DNA from: Eledone cirrhosa
Lineage: Eukaryota
Length of the DNA: 64,000 nucleotides
Direction: 5' to 3'
Assembly: GCA_964016885.1 (NCBI GenBank)
Contig: OZ024753.1
Span: 23,002,001 to 23,066,000 of the forward strand
In this document: positions 33,211-49,488 of the stretch, piece after piece
How the letters are laid out: every line of letters starts with the position of its first letter
How positions within the stretch are numbered: position 1 is the first letter of the stretch
Translations under genes and position numbers: made by a program
Notes under the pieces: generated by a model
Told to the model about the DNA's origin: nothing
The model's database searches: none
The model's input: the letters and a program-made list of their open reading frames with translations, nothing else

Positions 33211-34402
33211 ATCATACACCCTTATTTGCATGCGCATATATGTATTTTTATACTTACATATAAACACCCAAACATATATACACCTACTTACATATACATA
33301 CATACATACACGCTTACAAATACAAATAATAATAGTAGGGGGGAAGGGGGGGGGAGAAGGGGATTATAGTAAATATATGTTTCAAGAAACATAGAATATT
33401 AATCTGCATTTGGATCACAATATGTGTTTACATAGTTTCAGTATTAGGAAATGCAAGAAAGAAGGCAAAATTATGCATTTCAATATAAGTATACCATTAA
33501 TTATAGGTTAACTAAACTAAAGATAGTTAATATATTGATTTCTAAGGTGTAAACTACTTAGGTTTATAATATTTGAAGCAGAATTTTGAAGTTAAATAGT
33601 AGTAGAGTATTAATTATAGTATAACTAAATTAAAATTATTAACGTTATGGTATCAATATTAGGAAATGAATTTAGTAATAGGGAAAAAACCAATAAAGTA
33701 TTACATCGGTAGTAGAATATAAATTATAGGTTAACTAAATTAAAAATTATATATTAATTTCTATAGTATATGTTAATTAGGTATATAATAAATAAAACAG
33801 ATATTGTATTTTATCAATAGTAGAATATAATTATATGTAAACAGAAATTAAAATTAATACATACACATATACATATACATACATATATATATACACATAT
33901 ATATACATACATACACATACATATATATACATACATATACATATTTTTTCAAAAATTGCAAAGAATATATTAACTAGGTATACATCCAAAACCCATCCCA
34001 TTCTATGATTACATGACACTCTGCAATCCGTCTGTATTAGGATACTAATTTTAAGCCAATTAAATTAAATTTTTAGGTTGACCAAATTTAAAACCAAATT
34101 ATAAATATATTTCTAAAATGTATATTAATTAGGTCTATAATACTAAAAATTATTTCTCTGTCATTGAATACACGATATTTTGTTATATTTTATCTGTAAA
34201 GGAATTTTAATAAAGGGTTAAATAAATTAAAATTAATCTATAAATTAAATTACTAAGTATATATTAGTAATATTTAAAGGTTTTTCACAATTTATGATTA
34301 CACAATATTTTATATTCTCATCTGTAGAATTTTAATTAAATTAAATTTATAGGTTAACTAACATTTAAATTAAATTATATATTAATTTCTAAAATAATGT
34401 TA

Positions 34403-36840
34403 TTAATTAGGTTTATAATATTTAAATGTTTTTTTTAGTTTATGATTACACGATATAATTAATTCCTGTCGTTTATTTAATAGGATATCCTTAGATTTCA
34501 TTATTTCAAATAGTTCTTGGGAACATAATCTACATTCATTTCTATTATTTTGATAAGGGGTGGCTCTTTTGAGCACACTCCAGGTCAAATCATATTCTAT
34601 ATGCTTATTTTTATAACTATTGATTTTTTCTGCTAGAGATGTTGTATTAGCCAGTGCGGCATTTTTAAAACTATGTTTGTGGGTATTAAACCTTGTCTTA
34701 AAATTGTTAGAAGTAGCTCCTATATATGAGCAAATAGAATCTTTAGTTTTAACATTACATTTATAAACTATGTTGTTAACAAGACAATTTCCTTTTAATG
34801 GGCAGTTTGCTTTGTTTCTACAGTTACAACCTTTCGTTAATTCTGTATTTGAGGAGATATTATGGTTAGTTTGATGTATTGGTGGTATACTTATGGTTTT
34901 CTTACATTTATATGCATTATAGGCACTTATATTTTGTTTTATGTTATTTGTTGTTGAGTATGAGAATTTAACTGTAGACCTATTTAAGATTTGATGGTAT
35001 TTGTGGTTTGGCGGGAAGTTTTTCTCTAGGATATAAAAAAATTTTTTAGCAATATTATCCTTAATTTGTAAATTAAATGGAGCATTATACCAAGTAACCC
35101 GTCTATTACGGTTTCTATGTTGTTTATTATTTTTATTATTTTTATAGGTTGTATCGTGATGTTTACTAGAAGGATTAATGTTAATGATCTCACCACAACC
35201 ATTTTTAGTTATATTTGTAGATTTAGGTGTTTTATCTTTTTTATTAGGAGTTTTATTATTAATATTTATTAGAGTTGTATGATGAGTAGTTTTTTGAGAG
35301 TTACTATATTTTATATTAGAAGATTTGGTATTTTGGGGTATAGTGTGGGTGGCATTTAGGTGTGTACTTTTCATTTGGTGTTTGTTGGTAATATTAGGTT
35401 GTATGTTTTTAGTATTTTTAGTAGAAGGTATATATTCTAATCTATTTTTGTGGCCACTTCTATCTAGAGCTTCGTTATAGAAGGTCGCATTTTTATCAAA
35501 TACATCTTGGTTAGAAGAAAGGTTAGAAATTCTAAGTGATATATTATATGCAAGGTTTTTAAGGATACATTTAGGGTGATTAGATTGTGAGTGTATGTAA
35601 TGTAAGTTTTGGTTGGGTTTATGGTAAGGTTGGTAGATACCCGTAGCTAAGTCTAAAGTTATATCTAGGAAATTTACTACTTTACTTGTTTTTTCAAAAG
35701 TAATATGAAGACTATAATAGTCTTTAAGGAAAGTTCTAATATGCTTTTTGTTTTTTTCTATTTCTGAAAGGCTAAGGTTGTTGGAAAGAAGAAGACAGTC
35801 ATCACGATATAAACCACCTTTAAGGTGGGGAAAGGAGGCATTTATGTTGAAAAGGAGAAAGAGGCCCACAAGATCAGTAATTTAGGCGGAATCGCTTGAA
35901 CCCATAGTAATATCAAATAGATTACTATATGTGTTTCTGGTCCAGTATTCATTCTGAAATTCAATAAGTGTTAGTCTAGCATGTGTAATAATATTAATGT
36001 CATCCAAAGTTAAGTTAGATCTATTTTTAGCAAATATCAATGCTTTGTTCAGGAGTATAGGTGATATAGAAGAATAGTAATTATCTATATCAAATTGTAG
36101 AAATGAAGCAGAAGATTTACATCTAATATTTTTAAACCAGTTAATTACCTGGGAAGTGTTTTCCCAGAGTGGTAAAATAACGTGTTTTCTTATTTGTGGG
36201 ATGACTCTATCCAAAATTTTTTTTTTGCTAATTATTCCAATATCTGATTTGGAGGGACATATAAGTCTTATAGAAGGATTTGAGTTAAAGTTTGATTTAT
36301 GATCCTTCAGGTTGAAGTGTGGTCTTTTCAATGCCAAAGGTTCAGTTCTATCTTCAATGTTTAGTTTTTTTACTATGTTGTGTGTTTTGTTGTTGATGTA
36401 GGTGAGTGACGCATTATTAGATTTTTTATAATTTTTCCTGAGTTCTTTATATATGAACTCATTATAATCTTCAATATCCATGTGATACAAGTTTTGTCCG
36501 AGTGGACATGGATTTTTTTAGACTTTTTTAGGTCCAATAGGGTAGAATCAAGGTCCTTTTGAAAGACGGATTTATACTTTTTAAATTTGAGGTGTATAAT
36601 TAAATTAAAAAGGTCTTTCTCAAAGTCTTCAAGTAAAGAGTTGTGTGGTGGATTCTTGTAAGTATTGAAATCATACATATATTTCCCATCTGCATATTTA
36701 GATTTTTTATCGAAGTGGTAGGCCCTCCATCTAACCCTTCTGATAAAATTGTTAGTTTTTTGAATCATAAGGAGTAAGAAGTCATCCTTAGAAGGTATTG
36801 GTATGTTCTTTAAAGAGGTTCCCAAATATTGTTTTTCCAT
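34403..36840 (-). pseudogene. PLE-e RT + GIY-YIG, copy A
   Basis: TSLKNIP, QFDIDNYYSSIS, GLYRDD, CNCRNKANCPLKGNC, IVY..YIG; 7-nt deletion near 36490 and TAA at 35882-35884. Confidence 0.92.
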
Positions 36841-36897
36841 ATTTATTATTATAATATAATGTGTGTATATATATATATATATGTGAAAATATGTATA

Positions 36898-36928
<31 letters not shown>

Positions 36929-37211
36929 TATGTATTTGTAGTTGATGTGTGTATATGTATGTATATATATGTGTGTGTGTATGTATGTGTGTATATATAT
37001 GTATGTGTGTGTGTGTATGTGTGTGTGTGTATATATATATATACATATATGTATATGTATGTGTGTGCATATTTGTCTGACTGTGTGTATTAATTTATTT
37101 ATTTTTTATTTATCTTATTTATTTATTTTTTTATATATATGTATGTGTATGTGTATGTATGTATGTATGTATGTGTGTGCATGTGTATATATGTGTGTGT
37201 GTATATGTATG

Positions 37212-37266
<55 letters not shown>

Positions 37267-37355
37267 CTTTGTGTGTGTGTGTGTGTGTATATATATGTAT
37301 GTATGTGTGTATGTATGTGTTTGTATGTGTGTTTATGTGTGTACGTGTGTGTGTG

Positions 37356-37387
<32 letters not shown>

Positions 37388-37688
37388 TGTGTATATGTAT
37401 CTCTATTTATGTGTGCATATATGTGTATGTATATACCTTTTTCTTTGTATGTCTGAGTTGTGTGAGCGTGTAGTGGTGTTTGTATGTATATACGCATATA
37501 TGGATGTGTATGTATTTGTATATATGCGTATATGTAAGTGCGTATGTGTGTGTGAGTATATATCTATGTCTATGTATGAGTATGTATGTGTGTGTATGTA
37601 TGTGTGTGTGTATGTATGTATGTGTGTATGTGTGTATGTATATGTGTGTATATATATGTATGTATATGTATGTATGTGTGTATATATG

Positions 37689-37738
<50 letters not shown>

Positions 37739-37853
37739 TATTATATATGTGTGTGTGTGTGTGTATATATATATCTTTATATATGTGTATGTGTATGTAT
37801 GTGTAGGTGTGTGTGTGAGTATATATGTATGTGTGTATATGTGTATGTATGTG

Positions 37854-37924
<71 letters not shown>

Positions 37925-38053
37925 ATGTGTATGTGTGTATGTGTGTATATATATATTTATGTATATATATATATATTTATATGTGGGTATGTATGTGTAT
38001 GTGTGTATATATATGAGTGTATTTATATATATATATGTATGTAGATGTGACTG

Positions 38054-38080
<27 letters not shown>
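36841..38080 (+). repeat. Inverted internal pLTR segment fused at the ATG of PLE-e copy A (mirrored at about 50510-51719)
   Basis: Reverse complement of about 31760-32915. Confidence 0.8.
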
Positions 38081-38127
<47 letters not shown>

Positions 38128-38320
38128 GATAAATCTACCAAGAGTTTACGGTAGTGTCCAATCCGTATGAAGAACTCAATGTATTCCGGATATCATGGAA
38201 AGAAGAGATGTAATGAAAAGTCACTTTCGGTGAAAGATAAACGGTATACAGAGTCAAGATAAAATATTAAACAAATAATGAATAAACAATGAAACAGTTC
38301 CTTATATTAAACAAAAAAAG

Positions 38321-38474
38321 TTCATTATTTAACGATCGTTTCTAGGATATATATGTGTTAGAATTGGCATGCATATTCAACAGATCTATGTACAAAATTA
38401 TACAAAATTATACAAACTATCAAGATTAAATATACATACCAACACATATATACGCCGTCTTCAGAAATAATGAA
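38321..38474 (-). ncRNA. Hammerhead ribozyme with extended stem II (PLE-e)
   Basis: CUGAAGA ... GAAA CGAUCG UU with a 10-bp stem I. Confidence 0.78.
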
Positions 38475-39101
38475 ATATATTTATTGATAATAACAACAAT
38501 TCAAAATTTCAGGTCCGTTTGGGAACAAAATTGACCAATGAAAATACAAAAGGTTTAATGCAGTTCGGTGTGTGTATATACATGTAACTACCCTTACACA
38601 TATTTTACAAAAATGTATGCACAACTTGTATACGCATACCAAAAGGATGGATGCAAATACAAAATTTCAAGGTTAATGTCTCTGTAAGTTTATAATGCAC
38701 AGATAAGATGCGTATAGACACATAAATATGAAATAAGTGTATACACCTATTTTCATACTCACACATATCCGTACAATCACACACACACGCGCGTATATGC
38801 ATAAACATACACATAACTACGAACATACAAACACACACACACCCCCACTCACATATATATATGTGGATATAAAATCCTAAGCACATGGATATTAATTCAC
38901 TCACATAAACACTGGCACACACATTTAGATCAAGATACAGAAATTAGGTGGGAGGGGGGGAGAGGTCAGTATTCAACGGTTTGGGCAGACTGCTTAATAT
39001 AGATGTATCTATAAACTAATAAAATAAAAAATAATAAATAATAAATAAACATTAAAAAGGAAAGAAAAGAAAAAGAAAAAAGAAAAAAGAAATATATCAA
39101 G

Positions 39102-39155
<54 letters not shown>

Positions 39156-39307
39156 CACATATATACACACATATATATATATATATACACACATACAAAC
39201 ACATACATACATATACACACATCCACACTTAGAACATACATACACACACATATATATAAACATATACATATACACACATACATACATATACACACATACA
39301 TATAAAT

Positions 39308-39366
<59 letters not shown>

Positions 39367-39659
39367 CACACATACATACACATATAATCACACATACTAT
39401 ATAGACACACATATATATACACACATACACGCACATATACATACACTTACATACTTATATACATACAGATATACACATACATATCTATATATACACACAA
39501 ATACATACAGACAAACATACATACATACAGACAAATACTTACGCATCTATATATCGGTATATACATACAAACACCACTACACTCTCACACAACTCAGACA
39601 TACAAAGAAAAAGGTATATACCTATACACATATACATATACAAATAGAGAAACATATAC

Positions 39660-39722
<63 letters not shown>

Positions 39723-39927
39723 CACATATACACACATACACATACATACACATACATACATGTACACACACATAGATATATATACACATACACACATAAA
39801 CACATACATATATAGTCATACACACACATACACCTACACGAACATACACATACACATATATAAAGATATATATACACACACACACACACATACACACACA
39901 CACATATATATAAAAAATAAAAAATAA

Positions 39928-39974
<47 letters not shown>

Positions 39975-40545
39975 CATATACATACACACATACATAGACA
40001 TATATGTACATACATACACATACATAGATACATACACACACATACATACATATATATATACACACATAGACATATACATACATACACACACAACATACAT
40101 ACACACATATATACTCATACATAGAATTAGATATATAATCATACATACATACGCACTTACATATACTCATATATACAAATACATACGCATCCATATATGC
40201 GTATATACATAGAAACACCACTACACCCTCACCCAACTCAGACATACAAAGAAAAAGGCATATACATATACATATATACACGCATTAATAGAGATATATA
40301 TACACATATATATATATATATACACACATACACTTATATATATATACCCACACACACATACAACCATAAATACACATACAAACACCCACATATACATATA
40401 TATACACATATATATATATACACACACATAAAAAACAGACATGCACATATATATTTTTTTACACATATATATACACATATATATACACACATACACACCC
40501 TCACATATACACACATACACATAAGTTATATTATAATAATAAATA

Positions 40546-40596
<51 letters not shown>

Positions 40597-40850
40597 TACG
40601 AATATAGACATATATACACACATAGATACATATATATATATACATACACATACATATACACACACACATATAACACTCACATATATATGTGTGTGCACAC
40701 ACACATATATACACATACACACATATACACATAAACACATATATGTGTATACATGCACACACACACATATATCCACATAGATACGAAGATAGACATATAA
40801 ATAGAGAGACATACATATATATACACACACACACATATACATACATACAT

Positions 40851-40927
<77 letters not shown>

Positions 40928-42252
40928 TACACACATACACACATACACACATATATACACATGCATATATACACATATACACATACACACACACATATAT
41001 ATATATACACACACAATCTTACATTCTTATTTGCATGTGCATATATGTATTTTTATATTCAGATATAAATACCCAAACATATATACACCTACCTACATAT
41101 ATATTCATACATACACGCTTACAAACACAGATGATAATAGTATGGGGGAAAGGGGGGGGGGTTGGAGAAGGGGATTATAGTAAATATATGTTTCAAGAAA
41201 CATAGAATATTATCCATATCTGGATCCAATGTATGTTTTTACATAGTTTCAGTGTTAGGAAATACAATAAACAAGAAATAAGGCAAAATTTATGCATTTC
41301 AAAATAAATAAGTATACCATTAATTATATGTTAACTAAACTAAAGATAGTTAACATATTGATTTCTAAGGTGTAAATTAGTTAGGTTTATAATATTTGAA
41401 GCAGAATTTTGAAGTTAAATAGTAGTAGAGTATTAATTATAGTATAACTAAATTAAAGTTAATAACGTTATGGTATCAATATTAGGAAATGAATTTAGTA
41501 ATAGGGAAAAAACAAATAAAGTATTACATCGGTAGTAGAATATAAATTATAGGTTAACTAAATTAAAAATTATATATTTATTTCTATAGTATATGTTAAT
41601 TAGGTATATAATAAATAAAACAGATATTGTATTTTATCAATAGCAGAATATAATTATATGCAAATAGAAATCAAAATTAATACATATACATATACATATA
41701 CATACACATATATATATACATATATATACATATATATATACATATATACACATATACACACACACACACATACACATACACATATACATATACATATTTT
41801 TTCAAAAATTGCAAAGAATATATTAACTAGGTATATATCCAAAACACATCCCATTCTATGATTACATGACATTCTGCAATTCGTCTGTATAAGGATACTA
41901 ATTTTAAGCCAATTAAATTAAATTTTTAGGTTGATTAAAATTAAAACCAAATTATAAATATATTTCTAAAATGTATATTAATTAGGTCTATAATACTAAA
42001 AATTATTTCTCTGTCATTGGATACACGATATTTTGTTATATTTTATCTGTAAAAGAATTATAATAAAAGGTTTAAATAAATTAAAATTAATCTATAAATT
42101 AAATTACTAAGTATATATTAGTAATATTTAAAGGTTTTTCACAATTTATGATTACATAATATTTTATATTCTCATCTGTAAAAGAATTTTAATTAAATTA
42201 AATTTATAGGTTAACTAACATTTAAATTAAATTAATTTCTAAAATAATGTTA

Positions 42253-44695
42253 TTAATTAGGTTTATAATATTTAAATGTTTTTTTTAATTTATGATTACA
42301 CGATATAATTAATTCCTGTCGTTTATTTAATAGGATATCCTTAGATTTCATTATTTCAAATAGTTCTTGGGAACATAATCTACATTCATTTCTATTATTT
42401 TGATAAGGGGTGGCTCTTTTGAGCACACTCCAGGTCAAATCATATTCTATATTCTTATTTTTATAACTATTGATTTTTTCTGCTAGAGATGTTGTATTAG
42501 CCAGTGCGGCATTTTTAAAACTATGTTTGTGGGTATTAAACCTTGTCTTAAAATTGTTAGAGGTAGCTCCTATATATGAGCAAATAGAATCTTTAGTTTT
42601 AACATTACATTTATAGACTATGTTGTTAACAAGACAATTCCCTTTTAATGGGCAGTTTGCTTTGTTTCTACAGTTACAACCTTTCGTTAATTCTGTATTT
42701 GAGGAGATATTATGGTTAATTTGATGTACTGGTGGTATACTTATGGTTTTCTTACATTTATATGCATTATAGGCACTTATATTTTGTTTTATGTTATTTG
42801 TTGTAGAGTATGAGAATTTAACTGTAGACCTATTTAAGATTTGATGGTATTTGTGGTTTGGCGGGAAGTTTTTCTCTAGGATATAAAAAAAATTTTTAGC
42901 AATATTATCCTTAATTTGTAAATTAAATGGAGCATTATACCAAGTAACCCGTCTATTACGGTTTCTATGTTGTTTATTATTTTTATTATTTTTATAGGTT
43001 GTATCGTGATTTTTACTAGGAGGATTAATGTTAATGATCTCACCACAACCATTTTTAGTTATATTTGTAGATTTAGGTGTTTTATCCTTTTTATTAGGAG
43101 TTTTATTATTAATATTTATTAGAGTTGTATGATGAGTAGTTTTTTGAGAGTTACTATACTTTATATTAGAAGATTTGGTATTCTGGGGTATAGTGTGGGT
43201 GGCATTTAGGTGTGTACTTTTCATTTGGTGTTTGTTGGTAATATTAGGTTGTATGCTTTCAGTATTTTTAGTAGAAGGTATATATTCTAATCTATTTTTG
43301 TGGCCACTTCTATCTAGAGCTTCGTTATAGAAGGTCGCATTTTTATCAAATACATCTTGGTTAGAAGAAAGGTTAGAAATTCTAAGTGATATATTATATG
43401 CAAGGTTTTTAAGGATAGATTTAGGGTGATTAGATTGTGAGTGTATGTAATGTAAGTTTTGGTTTGGTTTATGGTAAGGTTGGTAGATACCCGTAGCTAA
43501 ATCTAAAGTTATATCTAGGAAATTTACTACTTTACTTGTTTTTTCAAAAGTAATATTAAGATTATAATAGTCTTTAAGGAAAGTTCTAATATGTTTTTTG
43601 TTTTTTTTCAATTTCTGAAAGGCTAAGGTTGTTAGAAAGAAGAAGACAGTCATCACGATATAAACCACCTTTGAGGTGGGGAAAGGAGGCATTTATGTTG
43701 AAAAGGAGAAAGAGGCCCACAAGATCAGTAATTTGGGCGGAATCGCTTGAACCCATAGTAATATCAAATAGATTACTATATGTGTTTCTGGTCCAGTATT
43801 CATTCTGAAATTCAATAAGTGTTAGTCTAGCATGTGTAATAATATTAATGTCATCCAAAGTTAAGTTAGATCTATTTTTAGCAAATATCAATGCTTTGTT
43901 CAGGAGTATAGGTGATATAGAAGAATAGTAATTATCTATATCAAATTGTAGAAATGAAGCAGAAGATTTACATCTAATATTTTTAAACCAGTTAATTACC
44001 TGGGAGGTGTTTTCCCAGAGTGGTAAAATAACGTGTTTTCTTATTTGTGGGATGACTCTATCCAAAATCTTTTTGCTAATTATTCCAATATCTGATTTGG
44101 AGGGACATATAAGTCTAATAGAAGGATTTGAGTTAAAGTTTGATTTATGATCCTTCAGGTTGAAGTGTGGTCTTTTCAATGCCAAAGGTTCAGTTCTATC
44201 TTCAATGTTTAGTTTTTTTACTATGTTGTGTGTTTTGTTGTTGATGTTGGTGAGTGACGCATTATTAGATTTTTTATAATTTTTTCTGAGTTCTTTATAT
44301 ATGAACTCATTATAATGTTCAATATCCATATGATACAAGTTACCAGTTTTGTCCGAGTGGACATGGATTTTTTTAGATTTTTTTAGGTCCAATAGGGTAG
44401 AATCAAGGTCCTTTTGAAAGACGGATTTATACTTTTTAAATTTGAGGTGTTTAATTAAATTAAAAAGGTCTTTCTCGAAGTCTTCAAGTAAAAAGTTGTG
44501 TGGTGGATTCTTGTAAGTATTGAAATCATACATATATTTCCGATCTGCTTGTTTAGATTTTCTATCGAAGTGGTAGGCTCTCCATCTAACCCTTCTGATA
44601 AAATTATTAGTTTTTTGAATCATAAGGAGTAAGAAGTCATCCTTAGAAGGTATTGGTATGTTTTTTAAAGAGGTTCCTAAATATTGTTTTTCCAT
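42253..44695 (-). pseudogene. PLE-e RT + GIY-YIG, copy B (one homopolymer frameshift)
   Basis: Same motifs; the only lesion seen is T8 at 43601-43608, where copies A and A' have 7. Confidence 0.9.
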
Positions 44696-45044
44696 TGTGA
44701 TATGGATGATGGACAATTGAAAGAGCTCAACTAAATGTATATGGGTTTACAAAATAATACATATATATGTATATACATAAATATAAAATTAATACACACA
44801 TACAGTACAAAAATACGAATATTTCCGTGAAAATAGGAGCAAAATTATGTAGATAAATCTACCAAGAGTTTACGGTAGTGTCCAATCCGTATGAAGAACT
44901 CAATGTATTCCGGATATCATGGAAAGAAGAGATGTAATGAAAAGTCACTTTCGGTGAAAGATAAACGGTATACAGAGTCAAGATAAAATATTAAACAAAT
45001 AATGAATAAACAATGAAACAGTTCCTTATATTAAACAAAAAAAG

Positions 45045-45198
45045 TTCATTATTTAACGATCGTTTCTAGGATATATATGTGTTAGAATTGGCATGCATAT
45101 TCAACAGATCTATGTACAAAATTATACAAAATTATACAAACTATCAAGATTAAATATACATACCAACACATATATACGCCGTCTTCAGAAATAATGAA
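45045..45198 (-). ncRNA. Hammerhead ribozyme with extended stem II (PLE-e, upstream of ORF B)
   Basis: Direct copy of 38321-38474. Confidence 0.78.
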
Positions 45199-45824
45199 AT
45201 ATATTTATTGATAATAACAACAATTCAAAATTTCAGGTCCGTTTGGGAACAAAATTGACCAATGAAAATACAAAAGGTTTAATGCAGTTCGGTGTGTGTA
45301 TATACATGTAACTACCCTTACACATATTTTACAAAAATGTATGCACAACTTGTATACGCATACCAAAAGGATGGATGCAAATACAAAATTTCAAGGTTAA
45401 TGTCTCTGTAAGTTTATAATGCACAGATAAGATGCGTATAGACACATAAATATGAAATAAGTGTATACACATATTTTCATACTCACACATATCCGTACAA
45501 TCACACACACACGCGCGTATATGCATAAACATACACATAACTACGAACATACAAACACACACACACCCCCACTCACATATATATATGTGGATATAAAATC
45601 CTAAGCACATGGATATTAATTCACTCACATAAACACTGGCACACACATTTAGATCAAGATACAGAAATTAGGTGGGAGGGGGGGAGAGGTCAGTATTCAA
45701 CGGTTTGGGCAGACTGCTTAATATAGATGTATCTATAAACTAAGAAAATAAAAAATAATAAATAATAAATAAACATTAAAAAGGAAAGAAAAGAAAAAGA
45801 AAAAGAAAAAAGAAATATATCAAG

Positions 45825-45886
<62 letters not shown>

Positions 45887-46038
45887 CACATATATACACA
45901 CATATATATATATATATACACACATACAAACACATACATACATATACACACATCCACACTTAGAACATACATACACACACATATATATAAACATATACAT
46001 ATACACACATACATACATATACACACATACATATAAAT

Positions 46039-46089
<51 letters not shown>

Positions 46090-46376
46090 CACACATACAT
46101 ACACATATAATCACACATACTATATAGACACACATATATATACACACATACACGCACATATACATACACTTACATACTTATATACATACAGATATACACA
46201 TACATATCTATATATACACACAAATACATACAGACAAACATACATACATACAGACAAATACTTACGCATCTATATATCGGTATATACATACAAACACCAC
46301 TACACTCTCACACAACTCAGACATACAAAGAAAAAGGTATATACCTATACACATATACATATACAAATAGAGAAAC

Positions 46377-46461
<85 letters not shown>

Positions 46462-47652
46462 CACATATACACACATACACATACATACACATACATACAT
46501 GTACACACACATAGATATATATACACATACACACATACACACATACATATATAGTCATACACACACATACACCTACACGAACATACACATACACATATAT
46601 AAAGATATATATACACACACACACACAAATACACACACACACATATATATAAAAAAATTGGCTTAAAATTAGTATCCTTATACAGACGAATTGCAGAATG
46701 TCATGTAATCATAGAATGGGATGTGTTTTGGATATATACCTAGTTAATATATTCTTTGCAATTTTTGAAAAAATATGTATATGTATATGTGTATGTGTAT
46801 GTGTGTGTGTGTGTATATGTGTATATATGTATATATATATGTATATATATGTATATATATATGTGTATGTATATGTATATGTATATGTATTAATTTTGAT
46901 TTCTATTTGCATATAATTATATTCTGCTATTGATAAAATACAATATCTGTTTTATTTATTATATACCTAATTAACATATACTATAGAAATAAATATATAA
47001 TTTTTAATTTAGTTAACCTATAATTTATATTCTACTACCGATGTAATACTTTATTTGTTTTTTCCCTATTACTAAATTCATTTCCTAATATTGATACCAT
47101 AACGTTATTAACTTTAATTTAGTTATACTATAATTAATACTCTACTACTATTTAACTTCAAAATTCTGCTTCAAATATTATAAACCTAACTAATTTACAC
47201 CTTAGAAATCAATATGTTAACTATCTTTAGTTTAGTTAACATATAATTAATGGTATACTTATTTATTTTGAAATGCATAAATTTTGCCTTATTTCTTGTT
47301 TATTGTATTTCCTAACACTGAAAATATGTAAAAACATACATTGGATCCAGATATGGATAATATTCTATGTTTCTTGAAACATATATTTACTATAATCCCC
47401 TTCTCCAACCCCCCCCTTTCCCCCATACTATTATCATCTGTGTTTGTAAGCGTGTATGTATGAATATATATGTAGGTAGGTGTATATATGTTTGGGTATT
47501 TATATCTGAATATAAAAATACATATATGCACATGCAAATAAGAATGTAAGATTGTGTGTGTATATATATATGTGTGTATGTATGTGTATATGTGTATATA
47601 TGCATGTGTATATATGTGTGTATGTGTATGTGTGTATGTGTGTATGTGTGTA

Positions 47653-47699
<47 letters not shown>

Positions 47700-47953
47700 A
47701 TGTATGTATGTATATGTGTGTGTGTGTATATATATGTATGTCTCTCTATTTATATGTCTATCTTCGTATCTATGTGGATATATGTGTGTGTGTGCATGTA
47801 TACACATATATGTGTTTATGTGTATATGTGTGTATGTGTATATATGTGTGTGTGCACACACATATATATGTGAGTGTTATATGTGTGTGTGTATATGTAT
47901 GTGTATGTATATATATATATGTATCTATGTGTGTATATATGTCTATATTCGTA

Positions 47954-48010
<57 letters not shown>

Positions 48011-48234
48011 TATTTATTATTATAATATAACTTATGTGTATGTGTGTATATGTGAGGGTGTGTATGTGTGTGTATGTGTGTATATATAAGTGTATATATA
48101 TGTGTAAAAAAATATATACGTGCATGTCTGTTTTTTATGTGTGTGTATATATATATATGTGTATATATATGTATATGTGGGTGTTTGTATGTGTATTTAT
48201 GGTTGTATGTGTGTGTGGGTATATATATATAAGT

Positions 48235-48278
<44 letters not shown>

Positions 48279-48589
48279 ATTAATGCGTGTATATATGTAT
48301 ATGTATATGCCTTTTTCTTTGTATGTCTGAGTTGGGTGAGGGTGTAGTGGTGTTTCTATGTATATACGCATATATGGATGCGTATGTATTTGTATATATG
48401 AGTATATGTAAGTGCGTATGTATGTATGATTATATATCTAATTCTATGTATGAGTATATATGTGTGTATGTATGTTGTGTGTGTATGTATGTATATGTCT
48501 ATGTGTGTATATATATATGTATGTGTGTGTATGTATCTATGTATGTGTATGTATGTACATATATGTCTATGTATGTGTGTATGTATATG

Positions 48590-48656
<67 letters not shown>

Positions 48657-48861
48657 TTATTTTTTATTTTTTATATATATGTGTGTGTGTGTATGTGTGT
48701 GTGTGTGTGTATATATATCTTTATATATGTGTATGTGTATGTTCGTGTAGGTGTATGTGTGTGTATGACTATATATGTATGTGTGTATGTGTGTATGTGT
48801 ATATATATCTATGTGTGTGTACATGTATGTATGTGTATGTATGTGTATGTGTGTATATGTG

Positions 48862-48906
<45 letters not shown>

Positions 48907-49217
48907 ATATATATATATATATATGTATATGTTTCTCTATTTGTATATGTATATGTGTATAGGTATATACCTTTTTCTTTGTATGTCTGAGTTGTGTGAG
49001 AGTGTAGTGGTGTTTGTATGTATATACCGATATATAGATGCGTAAGTATTTGTCTGTATGTATGTATGTTTGTCTGTATGTATTTGTGTGTATATATAGA
49101 TATGTATGTGTATATCTGTATGTATATAAGTATGTAAGTGTATGTATATGTGCGTGTATGTGTGTATATATATGTGTGTCTATATAGTATGTGTGATTAT
49201 ATGTGTATGTATGTGTG

Positions 49218-49276
<59 letters not shown>

Positions 49277-49432
49277 ATTTATATGTATGTGTGTATATGT
49301 ATGTATGTGTGTATATGTATATGTTTATATATATGTGTGTGTATGTATGTTCTAAGTGTGGATGTGTGTATATGTATGTATGTGTTTGTATGTGTGTATA
49401 TATATATATATATGTGTGTATATATGTGTATG

Positions 49433-49488
<56 letters not shown>

